NCBI GenBank assembly: GCA_902544985.1
Contig: CACCFV010000002.1
Coordinates: 17,177-81,176, forward strand
Direction of reading: 5' to 3'
DNA: 64,000 nucleotides
Origin: an uncultured Pelagibacteraceae bacterium
Lineage (GTDB): Bacteria > Pseudomonadota > Alphaproteobacteria > Pelagibacterales > Pelagibacteraceae
Translations under genes and position numbers: made by a program
Part shown: piece by piece, positions 11,059 through 20,649 of the stretch
Position numbering within the stretch: position 1 is the stretch's first letter
Layout: each line of letters starts with the position of its first letter
The notes under the pieces: generated by a model
What the model saw: the letters and a program-made list of their open reading frames with translations, nothing else
What the model was told of the DNA's origin: nothing
The model's database searches: none

Positions 11059-13142
11059 AGAACATCACGTTTTCCTACATGATTGGCTTTACTCACAATT
11101 CCCTCTTCTTCCATCATATCAATTATTCTTGCTGCTCGATTATATCCAATTTGAAGTTTTCTTTGTAAAAAAGACGTTGATGCTTTCCCCTCAGATTTTA
11201 TTATTTCTACAGCTGTTTGATAAAGTTCATCTTTATCACTCATATTTTTAGATCCGTCACCCATTTCTTTTTCATCTGCAAAATTTAAAATTTCATCCAC
11301 ATAATCTGGTTCTGCTTGGGATCTTAAAGAATTGTTAATATTTTCAATCTCATTGTCAGATACAAATGGTGCATGTATTCTTATAATTCTGTTAGCAGTT
11401 GACATATACAACATATCACCTTTACCTAATAATTGTTCAGCACCTTGTTCTCCTAATATGGTTCTACTATCTATTTTAGATGTAACTTGAAAAGATATTC
11501 GTGTAGGAAAGTTTGCTTTAATTGTTCCTGTAATTACATCAACACTTGGCCTTTGAGTAGCCATGATAATGTGTATGCCAGCTGCCCTTGCCATTTGAGA
11601 TAATTTTTGAATATAGTTTTCAATTTCTTTTCCTGCCACTAGCATTAAATCTGACATTTCATCGACCACTACGACTATATAAGGCATTGGAAGTTTATGT
11701 TTTGAGTTATAGCCATCTATATTTCTAACTCCCTCTTTAGTCATAAGTCTGTATCTACTTTCCATCTCTTTTACCACCCAGCCTAAAACTGAGGCTGCTT
11801 TTTTAGCTTCAGTTATCACTGGACACAAAAGATGAGGCACACCCTCATATGTTGATAGTTCAAGCATTTTAGGATCAATCAAAATAAATTTACATCTCTC
11901 AGGAGTATGACGGTAAAGGAGTGACAATATTATTGTGTTGATGCAAACTGACTTTCCAGATCCAGTTGTTCCAGCTATTAATAAATGAGGCATTGAGGAT
12001 AAATCTCCAACTATTGGATTTCCAGAAATACTTTTACCTAGAGCGATTGGTAATTTAATTTCTTTTTTCTTGAAGTTGGAGTTATTTAAAATCTCACTCA
12101 AGTAAACATTTTCTCTTGATGAATTAGGTAATTCAATTCCAACAGTGTTACTCCCAGGAATAGTCGAAATTCTAGCTGACTCAGAACTAGTATTTCTAGC
12201 AATATCATCAGAAAGATTTATTATCTTCGAAACCTTTACACCAGCAGCAGGTTCAAATTCATTCAATGTAACAACAGGTCCATGACTTATTTTTTTGATT
12301 TTTCCGTTAACGCCAAAGTCTAATAATATTTTTTCTAAAAATTCAGGAGCACCTGATTGGTTTTTTTCAGAATTTTCTCTTTCCTTTTTAGACGGAATTT
12401 TAAGCAAATCTATGCTAGGTAATTTAAATTTTTGTATTTCAGTTTTTTTAATTTCATCGGCTTTAATAAAAGGTAAATCTTCTTGGATTAAATTTTTAAT
12501 TTCTTCTTGTGGAATATATTCATTAATAACCTCACTCTTGTCCGTATAATTCTTATTTCTTTTAGGATTAAGAAAATTAATTTTTTTAAGAAAATTAAAA
12601 GATTTCTTAAGACTAAAATTTACACTAAGCAAAAAAAATACGACTATTAAGATGATTAAAAAATAATAGGATATATTTTCATTAAGACTGATTAAATTTT
12701 TAAAAAAATTTTCATTTAAATAGTCTCCTATAAAACCCCCGTTACCGTTAATAAAAAGGACAAAAGCTGTATTATAAAAATGATTTAAAAAAAGTGATCC
12801 AAAAATTGAATATAAAATTGAATAAAAAATATTTTCAATTATTAAAAAAAAATCTTTTCCTAAAATGATATTTATACCTGTAAAAATTAGAGTTAATGAG
12901 AATAAATAAGAGACTAAACCGATTGATTGAAAAAAAATATCAGAAATATAACTTCCCTTAAAACCCAGAAGATTTCTGATTTCTGTATTCTCAGGAAATA
13001 TAAAATTTGGATCCTCTGGAGAATATGAGACTAATGAGACAAACAAAAAAATACCAGCAGATAATATTAGAAAACCAAATATTTCTGTTAATCTTTTAGC
13101 AATAAAAAGAAGAGTTTTATTAACAATTTTTTTTATGTTCAT
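11055..13142 (-). CDS. ftsK: DNA translocase FtsK
   Basis: N-terminal TMs, PHLLIAGTTGSGKS, IDPKMLEL, ATQRPSVDVITG, gamma domain LQRKLQIGYNRAAR; start taken at ATG 13142. Confidence 0.97.
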   Translation of the reverse strand: MNIKKIVNKTLLFIAKRLTEIFGFLILSAGIFLFVSLVSYSPEDPNFIFPENTEIRNLLGFKGSYISDIFFQSIGLVSYLFSLTLIFTGINIILGKDFFLIIENIFYSILYSIFGSLFLNHFYNTAFVLFINGNGGFIGDYLNENFFKNLISLNENISYYFLIILIVVFFLLSVNFSLKKSFNFLKKINFLNPKRNKNYTDKSEVINEYIPQEEIKNLIQEDLPFIKADEIKKTEIQKFKLPSIDLLKIPSKKERENSEKNQSGAPEFLEKILLDFGVNGKIKKISHGPVVTLNEFEPAAGVKVSKIINLSDDIARNTSSESARISTIPGSNTVGIELPNSSRENVYLSEILNNSNFKKKEIKLPIALGKSISGNPIVGDLSSMPHLLIAGTTGSGKSVCINTIILSLLYRHTPERCKFILIDPKMLELSTYEGVPHLLCPVITEAKKAASVLGWVVKEMESRYRLMTKEGVRNIDGYNSKHKLPMPYIVVVVDEMSDLMLVAGKEIENYIQKLSQMARAAGIHIIMATQRPSVDVITGTIKANFPTRISFQVTSKIDSRTILGEQGAEQLLGKGDMLYMSTANRIIRIHAPFVSDNEIENINNSLRSQAEPDYVDEILNFADEKEMGDGSKNMSDKDELYQTAVEIIKSEGKASTSFLQRKLQIGYNRAARIIDMMEEEGIVSKANHVGKRDVL

Positions 13143-13205
13143 ATTAAGTGAATCAAATTTATCACTTTGTATCATCTAATTTTTCTTGTTAAAATTAAAT
13201 TTATT

Positions 13206-14288
13206 ATGAAAGTCTGTATATTGGGTGATAACCTTACAAGCTTAGCTCTGGCAAAAGCCTTAGTCAAAAAAGAGATATTTGTTGATTTATTTTATGAGAA
13301 AAAAAACACAAAAATAGATACTACTCGTACAATTGGAATTTCAAAATCAAATGTTGATTTTTTTAATAAGGAAATAACAAATATTAAAAGAATTTTGTGG
13401 CCAATCAAAAAAATAAAAATTTTTACAGAAAACTCAAATGACAAAGAAATTTTAAAATTTGAGGATCAAAAGGACAACCTATTTTCAATCTTGCAGAATC
13501 AAAAAATATTCAATCAATTAATTATCGAACTTAAAAAGAGTAAATTTTTTAAATTCAAAAAATATAGAAAATATAGAAAATCTGATTATTTAAGTTATGA
13601 TCTGATAATTAATTGTGACATAAGAAATGAAATAACGAAAAAATATTTTTCAAAAAAATTTGAAAAGATATATAATAGTATTGCATTCACAACAATTATA
13701 GATCACGTAAAATTATTATCTAACAACGAAGCAATGCAGATTTTTACAAATAATGGTCCGATAGCATTTTTACCAATATCAAAAGAAAAAACTTCAATTG
13801 TTTATTCTGCAAGAATGAAGAAAAATAAAACAGAATTGGAGATCAACAAAATTATTAATAAGTTCAACCCTAAATATGAAATAAAGAAAATTCATAAGAT
13901 TTCAAAATTTGATTTAAAATCAATAAATTTAAGAGAATATTATAAAGATAACATTTTAGCCTTTGGTGATTTGTTGCATAAAATTCATCCTTTAGCTGGT
14001 CAGGGTTTTAATATGTCAATTAGAGATATTAAAGAATTTTTAAAAATTATTGAATATAAAATAAAACTTGGTTTACCTTTAGACCAAAGTGTATGTATTG
14101 AATTTCAGAATAATGTAAAAAGTAAAAATTTTGTTTTTTCAGAAGGAATTAATTTTATTTATGAGTATTTTAATTCTGAAAATAAGATTGAAAATAATTT
14201 AATTGACTCAACAGCTAGATTAATTGGACAAAATAAAATATTAAATAAATATTTTAAAGATATCGCTGATATGGGTTTACAAAATTAA
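13206..14288 (+). CDS. UbiH/UbiF/COQ6-type FAD-dependent hydroxylase (divergent)
   Basis: GPIAFLP, FGD..HKIHPLAGQGFNMSIRD; divergent from ftsK as in other alphaproteobacteria; start taken at ATG 13206. Confidence 0.82.
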   Translation: MKVCILGDNLTSLALAKALVKKEIFVDLFYEKKNTKIDTTRTIGISKSNVDFFNKEITNIKRILWPIKKIKIFTENSNDKEILKFEDQKDNLFSILQNQKIFNQLIIELKKSKFFKFKKYRKYRKSDYLSYDLIINCDIRNEITKKYFSKKFEKIYNSIAFTTIIDHVKLLSNNEAMQIFTNNGPIAFLPISKEKTSIVYSARMKKNKTELEINKIINKFNPKYEIKKIHKISKFDLKSINLREYYKDNILAFGDLLHKIHPLAGQGFNMSIRDIKEFLKIIEYKIKLGLPLDQSVCIEFQNNVKSKNFVFSEGINFIYEYFNSENKIENNLIDSTARLIGQNKILNKYFKDIADMGLQN

Positions 14289-14289
14289 T

Positions 14290-14931
14290 TTATTGAAGAG
14301 TGGTATTATCAAATTGATCGTAAGTATAAGTATTTAAAATTTCAGAAATTTTTGTTTTTCTAATTTCCAGATTTTTCGTCTCTAATAAAACTTGTTTTTC
14401 CTCCAAACTAAATGGTGATGTCATTGCTAGAGCGTTTATTGTTTCGTCTAAACTTTGTTTTTCTAGAGCCTTCCAATTAATGATAAATCCTCTTTTTTCA
14501 AATAAAGTTTTTAAATCTTTAAAAATAAGTTCCAAATCAGAAAATTTTAAGTTTTCTTTTTTTTCTTCTAAATCATCTAAAAAATTCTCAAAATTTATCT
14601 CAAATTCTCTATACCTTTTATTTGAGTCTATTTCTTTTTTGATCTCAAATCTAATTACGCCCTTTAGGTCAATTAAATATCTTCCATCATCAGCTTCTTT
14701 GAAACTCGTAATTTTACCTAAACAACCAACTTTATGAAGTGAAGTTAATTTGTTATTATCAAAATTCTTTGTGATTTTTGGTTGAATCATGCCTATAAAC
14801 TTATCTGCTTTCATACTATCATTGACCATATCTATATATCTTGGCTCAAAAATGTTTAAGGGCACTGTAGTTTTAGGAAAAATTATAAAATTACTGAGTG
14901 GAAAAACAGGTATAGTTTTTGGAAGTTTCAT
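14290..14931 (-). CDS. Lon peptidase N-terminal substrate-binding domain protein
   Basis: IPVFPL, PLNIFEPRY, GMIQP, VGCLGKI, DGRYLI, EKQVLLE. Confidence 0.9.
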   Translation of the reverse strand: MKLPKTIPVFPLSNFIIFPKTTVPLNIFEPRYIDMVNDSMKADKFIGMIQPKITKNFDNNKLTSLHKVGCLGKITSFKEADDGRYLIDLKGVIRFEIKKEIDSNKRYREFEINFENFLDDLEEKKENLKFSDLELIFKDLKTLFEKRGFIINWKALEKQSLDETINALAMTSPFSLEEKQVLLETKNLEIRKTKISEILNTYTYDQFDNTTLQ

Positions 14932-14981
14932 AATTTATTAAATATATATTAATAATATAAAAATAATTAAAAGATAAAAAT

Positions 14982-15830
14982 ATGATAATTTGGCTCGCCT
15001 CTTATCCTAAAAATGGGAACACATGGTTAAGATCGTTGATAAGTGCTTATTATTATACAAAAGATGGCATTTTTCTCGGTGATAATCATTTAAAGAACGT
15101 TCAACAGTTTCCTGTAAAAAAATATTTAGAAAGTTTTGATTATGATTTAGCAATACCGGGAGATACCTCGAAGTTTTGGGTTTTAGCTCAAGAAAAAATT
15201 AATGAAGACCAAAAAATAAAATTTTTCAAAACACATAATGCTTTAGTAAAATTGGGAAATAATGATTTTACAAATCAAGCCAATTCACTTGGTGGAATTT
15301 ATATAGTAAGAGATCCTAGAAATGTTTTAGACTCTATGTCCAGACATTTTCAAATCGATCATGATAAAGCTTTAGAGGTAATGCAAGACAAAAAAAACTT
15401 TACTTACGACTTTAAAAAGAAAAAGGACTATAGTGATTATCAATTCATTAGTTCTTGGGAATTAAATTATCAATCTTGGAAAAATAATAACTTATTACCG
15501 ATAAAATTTTTAAAATATGAAGATTTATTGTCAGAAACTTTTTTTGTATTTAAAGAGATAATAGAATTTATAGATAAACTGACAAATAATAAAAGTGGAT
15601 TTAATAGAGAAAAAGCTAAAAACGCAGTCAAAACTACTTCTTTTGAAAATTTGAAAAGTATAGAAGAAATGAATGGATTTAATGAGTCCATCATCTCTCG
15701 TGAAGAAAAAAAAAAGATACCTTTTTTTCACTTGGGACCTAAGAATAATTGGCAAAAAAATTTTGATAAAGAATTTACTGAGAAATTAAATAATATTTTT
15801 GAAAAAAATTTAAAAGAATTAAATTATTAA
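14982..15830 (+). CDS. PAPS-dependent sulfotransferase domain protein
   Basis: WLASYPK(N)GNTW 5'-PSB, KTH, IYIVRDPRNV 3'-PB, KYEDL, TSFENL. Confidence 0.88.
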   Translation: MIIWLASYPKNGNTWLRSLISAYYYTKDGIFLGDNHLKNVQQFPVKKYLESFDYDLAIPGDTSKFWVLAQEKINEDQKIKFFKTHNALVKLGNNDFTNQANSLGGIYIVRDPRNVLDSMSRHFQIDHDKALEVMQDKKNFTYDFKKKKDYSDYQFISSWELNYQSWKNNNLLPIKFLKYEDLLSETFFVFKEIIEFIDKLTNNKSGFNREKAKNAVKTTSFENLKSIEEMNGFNESIISREEKKKIPFFHLGPKNNWQKNFDKEFTEKLNNIFEKNLKELNY

Positions 15831-15957
15831 ATGATCGAGAATTTTAAAAGTTGTGTTAATTTTTTGGCACACTCTTGGCTCAGTTCAGTTAAAATTTCAC
15901 AAAAAGCACTATTGCTTAATTTTTAAAAAGCTTATACTTTCAACACTTATAGAACAA

Positions 15958-16032
15958 GCGGGCATAGCTCAGTGGTAGAGCGTCTCGTTGCCAACGAGAA
16001 GGTCGAGGGTTCGACCCCCTTTGCCCGCTCCA
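15958..16032 (+). tRNA. tRNA-Gly (GCC)
   Basis: Acceptor GCGGGCA/TGCCCGC, D-arm GCTCAGTGGTAGAGC, anticodon arm TCTCG-TTGCCAA-CGAGA, GGTTCGA T-loop, encoded CCA. Confidence 0.98.
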
Positions 16033-16039
16033 TTAAAAT

Positions 16040-16384
16040 ATGAATGATTTATTAGAAAAAAAATGTGTTCCTTGTGAGGGAGGAGTTAAAGCTTTTGATA
16101 TTTCTGAAATTCATAAATATCAAAAAAAAGTTGATGGCTGGGAGATTATTCAAAATGATAAAAAAGTTTATCTTTTAGAAAAAAAATTTGAATTTAAAAA
16201 TTTTTTAGAAAGCCAAAAATTTGTCAATGAAGTTGGAAAAGTCTCTGAGGAAGAGAGTCATCATCCAGATATTATCTTTGGATGGGGTTATGCTAAGATT
16301 AATATCACAACTCATGCCATAGAGGGTTTATCTGAAAATGATTTTATATTAGCTGCTAAAATTGACAATATACCTAATGCCTAA
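16040..16384 (+). CDS. phhB: Pterin-4-alpha-carbinolamine dehydratase
   Basis: KCVPCEGG, EEESHHPDI, TTHAIEGLSENDFILAAKID. Confidence 0.92.
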   Translation: MNDLLEKKCVPCEGGVKAFDISEIHKYQKKVDGWEIIQNDKKVYLLEKKFEFKNFLESQKFVNEVGKVSEEESHHPDIIFGWGYAKINITTHAIEGLSENDFILAAKIDNIPNA

Positions 16385-17909
16385 AATGACGAGTTTTTGA
16401 AAAAACCAAAACAGTATTCGTCTCGTTTGCAAATTTTATAATTTCTTTATCTCTTATTGATCCAGCAGGCTGAACTATTGCACTAGCTCCTGACTGAACT
16501 AATTTTTCTATTCCGTCAACAAATGGGAAAAAAGCATCTGATGCAGCTACTATTTCATGTTTGATTTTTGAAAACTTATTCATCTTGTTTATTGCAATCT
16601 CACAACTGTCTAATCTACTAGGTTGTCCTGAACCAATGCCAATAGTGGATTTATTACTAGCAAGAACAACGGCATTTGATTTTGTGTATCGACAAACATT
16701 AAATGCAAAAATTAAATTATCAAGCTGGGATTTACTTGGTTGTCTTTTCGAAACAACTTTAAAATCCTTCTTTGAAAAAATCTTTTTATCTTCTGATTGC
16801 ATAAGTGTAAAATTATCTAAAGAGCTGAATTTCCATATTTCACTGAATGAAATTTTTGAGGAGTCTATCAGCCTAAGATTTTTTTTCGATTTTAATATTT
16901 TAAGAGCTTTTTTATCAAAACCATTGGCTACAACTACTTCAAGAAAAATTTTATTTAGTATTAATGCGAGTTTTTGAGTAACCTTGTAGTTACACGAAAC
17001 AATGCCGCCAAATGCACTTATTGGATCGGTCTCTAACGCAGATTTATAACTATCTAAATTATTTTGCAAAGCTGAGACGCCACAAGGATTTCCATGTTTA
17101 ACAATAACTGTACCAATATTTTTTGGGAATGATTTTGAAATTGTAATTGCAGCCAAAATATCACTGTAATTATTATAACTCAAAGTTTTTCCGTGTATTT
17201 GCTCTAATTTATTTTTTTTATTTTGAGAATATAAAGCACCCAATTGGTGAGGATTTTCCCCATACCTAAGATTTTCTATCAAATTAGTGTAAAGAATTTT
17301 TCTATTAGGGAAATTAATATTGTTAAATTTATTTAAATAATTTGAAATTACAGCATCATAATAGGCGGTCTCACTAAAAGCTAACCTGGACATTTTTTCT
17401 CTGAATTTTAGAGAAGTACTACCTTTATTTTTTTTTAATTCATTTATAAGTTCCGAATATTGATCAGTAGAAGTTATTACAGTTACATCATTATAATTTT
17501 TGGCAGCAGCTCTGACCATAGTTGGTCCTCCAACATCAATATTTTCTATTATTTTTGAATGTTTTTTTGTTTGTTCAATTGCTTTTTCAAATGGATAGAA
17601 ATTTACTATTACTAAATCAATATTCTCAAAATTATTTTTTTTAATATCAATAGAGTGAGATTTGTTGTTTCTTTCGTTTAAAATCCCAGCATGTATTTTT
17701 GGGTGTAAAGTTTTGACTCTTCCATTAAGTATTTCCTTAAATCCCGTAAAATCTGCAACATCTAAACATTTAAATTTAAGTTTTTTAATCGCTTTGAATG
17801 TACCACCAGAACTAATTATTTTGATATTATTTCTCCTCAATTCTTTTAATAGAGGTTTAAGATTGGATTTATCAGATAATGATATTAAAGCTGATTTAAT
17901 TTTTTTCAT
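16374..17909 (-). CDS. purH: Bifunctional AICAR transformylase/IMP cyclohydrolase
   Basis: ALISLSDK, GRVKTLHP, IDVGGPTM, LRYGENPHQ, ASDAFFPF, RHFRH. Confidence 0.98.
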   Translation of the reverse strand: MKKIKSALISLSDKSNLKPLLKELRRNNIKIISSGGTFKAIKKLKFKCLDVADFTGFKEILNGRVKTLHPKIHAGILNERNNKSHSIDIKKNNFENIDLVIVNFYPFEKAIEQTKKHSKIIENIDVGGPTMVRAAAKNYNDVTVITSTDQYSELINELKKNKGSTSLKFREKMSRLAFSETAYYDAVISNYLNKFNNINFPNRKILYTNLIENLRYGENPHQLGALYSQNKKNKLEQIHGKTLSYNNYSDILAAITISKSFPKNIGTVIVKHGNPCGVSALQNNLDSYKSALETDPISAFGGIVSCNYKVTQKLALILNKIFLEVVVANGFDKKALKILKSKKNLRLIDSSKISFSEIWKFSSLDNFTLMQSEDKKIFSKKDFKVVSKRQPSKSQLDNLIFAFNVCRYTKSNAVVLASNKSTIGIGSGQPSRLDSCEIAINKMNKFSKIKHEIVAASDAFFPFVDGIEKLVQSGASAIVQPAGSIRDKEIIKFANETNTVLVFSKTRHFRH

Positions 17910-19534
17910 TATATCTTTTTAATTTCCCATTTAATGTTCTCTTCATTATTATTTAATATTCCAGATACAAAAATATTTTGGTTCTCAATATATGAATTTT
18001 TATTACCGAAGTATAATCCATTATCAATATTAATTTCATAATTATCACAAGTAAATTTCCAACCCTCATCATCTAATTCTATTAAAATGGATTTATTATC
18101 TTGAGTTTTCATTAATTTAATATTTGGTTCTAAATGAAATCGAATATCAAACTTGAAATTATGATTATTTTTTTTTCTAATAATCTTATCATTTCCCACA
18201 AATTTCATTTGTTCAGGAAAAAATTCAATACTTCTCTCATGAATTGATTTAAATTTTTTAAAATATCCATCATGAGCAGCATTGATTTTCCAATAATTTT
18301 TTTCGCATACCGAACTTTTTTGAGTAATTTTTAAACCTGTTTTTAAAATTAATTTATCTTTCTTTTTTGTAAATTTACACGAAGAATTATCATCAATTAT
18401 TAAAGTGCTGTGTGCAGCTGAAGATTTTGATAATTCATTTAGATTTTGATTATTTTTTTTGAAATAACCACAATTAGTTATAAGTTTCCTCCCATTTGAA
18501 ATTATTTCAAATGAAAGAGCACCCGACTGGTAATCTTGAGTATACTTAGGATTTGGTGAAGATCCGGCATCCATTGCTAGGCAAATTTTTTTATTCTTTA
18601 AAACTATGTAACCACCACAATCTTTATTTTCATTTTTAAATTTATAACCAAGTCTTCTTAAGTAATGGTCGAAATCTTGTGTATTAGACTTATTATTACC
18701 ATTAAACAAAAGATCTGCGTTTATATTTTGTCTAAGAAAAGCATAACTTTGTCCAAAATAATAAATATTTTCTTCTATATATTCTGGAACTTCAATTTGA
18801 GACTCTTTAAACCATTCTCTAATAATTATAAAATGTTTTAAAAAAAATATTAGCTGTTTTATGTTCCGTGAGTTTGTAAAACCTTGGTTATCTATTGAGG
18901 AATTAGTAATTTTTTTTAGAAAATTTAATCCAATATCTAAATAATTTTTCTTAATTTTGTAACATAATCCTGTCAAAATTATCGCAGAACAAGCAATTAT
19001 TTTGTTTTCTAAATCTTTAGAGTTTTTTATTTCATTTAATAAATGATTTGTTTGTTTTTGTATCATGTGATCAAACATTGATCTATATTCTTTATCACTT
19101 TCGTCATAAGAAAGTTGGTGATTAGATAACCATGATATTATTCTTTTTGCAGTAATATTAAATTTCCAACTTTCTCTTTTAAATTTATTGTTTTCATTAA
19201 TCCAATTTAAGATAACTTCTTGAACTGATTTTTTGGAAGATTTTAAATCAAGACTAAAAAACCAAAAAAAATTATTTAATTTTTCAAAATCTTTAGGTTT
19301 AATTTGACTATTCCAAACTGTCTCTAGTTTAAAATCTTCAATTTTATATTTTTTATTTTGATATTTGATTATCGATGAAAGTAAGTGAGGACTTGGTTTG
19401 TATATGAATTCATTATTAAAAGTTTTAGAAATCTTTTTTTCGTATACACTTGAATTTTGATAAATACCTCTGAATTTTTTTTTTATTATTTCTGCAAACT
19501 CATTTAAAGTTTCAAAAATTCCATCTATTTGCAT
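17909..19534 (-). CDS. Heparinase II/III-like protein
   Basis: GALSFEI, ITNCG, SSAAHSTL, AAHDGY, IRFHL; conserved upstream of purH in alphaproteobacteria. Confidence 0.82.
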   Translation of the reverse strand: MQIDGIFETLNEFAEIIKKKFRGIYQNSSVYEKKISKTFNNEFIYKPSPHLLSSIIKYQNKKYKIEDFKLETVWNSQIKPKDFEKLNNFFWFFSLDLKSSKKSVQEVILNWINENNKFKRESWKFNITAKRIISWLSNHQLSYDESDKEYRSMFDHMIQKQTNHLLNEIKNSKDLENKIIACSAIILTGLCYKIKKNYLDIGLNFLKKITNSSIDNQGFTNSRNIKQLIFFLKHFIIIREWFKESQIEVPEYIEENIYYFGQSYAFLRQNINADLLFNGNNKSNTQDFDHYLRRLGYKFKNENKDCGGYIVLKNKKICLAMDAGSSPNPKYTQDYQSGALSFEIISNGRKLITNCGYFKKNNQNLNELSKSSAAHSTLIIDDNSSCKFTKKKDKLILKTGLKITQKSSVCEKNYWKINAAHDGYFKKFKSIHERSIEFFPEQMKFVGNDKIIRKKNNHNFKFDIRFHLEPNIKLMKTQDNKSILIELDDEGWKFTCDNYEINIDNGLYFGNKNSYIENQNIFVSGILNNNEENIKWEIKKI

Positions 19535-19535
19535 T

Positions 19536-20195
19536 CTACACTTCTTTAAGTGTTTCTATATTCTTTTTTATGTTTCCGTTGTTTTCTTTGAATATTGTAG
19601 TTCCTGATACAAGGATATTTGCACCCGCGTTTATTACATCTTTTGAATTTGAAAAATTTATTCCACCATCTACTTCAATGTCGTAACCATAATTCTTATC
19701 ATCTTTAAGTTTTTTTAATAATTCAATTTTTTTTATAACGTCAGGAATAAATTTCTGCCCTCCAAAACCTGGATAAACACTCATGACTAAAATTAAATCA
19801 ACATTTTTTAATTCATTTTCAATTATATTGATCTCAGTGTTTGGATTTAGAGAAATACCAACCTTCTTTTTAAAACTTTTAATATGTTTAATTGACTCTG
19901 CCAAATTATCAGTGGCTTCAGGGTGTATAGTAATTATATCAGCTCCTGCATCTGCAAAATCTTTTATATATTTATGAACAGGTGAAATCATCAAATGCAC
20001 ATCAAAGGTTAATTCAGAGTGCTTTCTAAGAGTCTTTATGACCGGAGGTCCAATTGTTAAATTAGGGACAAAATGACCATCCATCACATCAACATGTATC
20101 ATATCTGCGCCAGCATCTTCGAGTCTCTTAATCTCATTTCCTAATTGACTAAAGTCAGCGGATAATATTGAGGGGGAAATTTGTATTTTTTTCAT
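19536..20195 (-). CDS. rpe: Ribulose-phosphate 3-epimerase
   Basis: SPSILSADF, HVDVMDGHFVPN, MSVYPGFGGQ, EVDGGI. Confidence 0.98.
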   Translation of the reverse strand: MKKIQISPSILSADFSQLGNEIKRLEDAGADMIHVDVMDGHFVPNLTIGPPVIKTLRKHSELTFDVHLMISPVHKYIKDFADAGADIITIHPEATDNLAESIKHIKSFKKKVGISLNPNTEINIIENELKNVDLILVMSVYPGFGGQKFIPDVIKKIELLKKLKDDKNYGYDIEVDGGINFSNSKDVINAGANILVSGTTIFKENNGNIKKNIETLKEV

Positions 20196-20235
20196 AGATT
20201 ATTAAATTTACTAGTACCAAATTTTAAATTCTAAT

Positions 20236-20580
20236 TTAATTAAAAAATTGATAAATTTGTCTTGAAATCTCACTTTCTAATGGAAATGACAACATACCCA
20301 TCACCGAGTATCCTAGAACCCAAGGCATAAAGTAAAATCTTATCATGAAAAAAAACCAAGCAACGTAAAGAGGCACGATTGGTTGAATGATAAAAGATGG
20401 AGTTATAGGTTTAAATATGTTGATCAAAGGATTAGTAAATTTAACAAAGACCCTCATAAAAAAAAATTGAGAGTCTTCTCTTTGAAAAATATTCATCGCA
20501 ACTCTTCCAATCAAAGTCCACATGATTACCCCAAGAATATAGTCAATTATATATACTAAAGGATGAAAGTTAGCCGACAT
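20236..20580 (-). CDS. Small membrane protein, YggT-like
   Basis: TM-loop-TM with F...TNP...ITP pattern reminiscent of YggT. Confidence 0.55.
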   Translation of the reverse strand: MSANFHPLVYIIDYILGVIMWTLIGRVAMNIFQREDSQFFFMRVFVKFTNPLINIFKPITPSFIIQPIVPLYVAWFFFMIRFYFMPWVLGYSVMGMLSFPLESEISRQIYQFFN

Positions 20581-20610
20581 TGATAAATATATATTGGAAA
20601 AAATTCGAAA

Positions 20611-20638
20611 TTAAAAGGGGCGAAATTAATCGCCCCTT
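20611..20638 (-). terminator. Rho-independent terminator after the actP-like gene
   Basis: 9-bp stem AAGGGGCGA/TCGCCCCTT ending in a T-rich tract on the minus strand, 11 nt after the stop. Confidence 0.85.
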
Positions 20639-20649
20639 AAAAAGATTAT

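Noticed and set aside
15831-15926. 31-aa ORF (MIENFKSCVNFLAHSW...) and a TGGCAC sigma54-like string before tRNA-Gly
   Set aside because: No SD or motif, overlaps the likely tRNA promoter region, and the -12 TTGC element is not at the correct spacing.
15958-16040. tRNA-Gly as an integration site or island boundary
   Set aside because: No integrase and no duplicated tRNA 3' end seen; the next gene starts 7 nt later.
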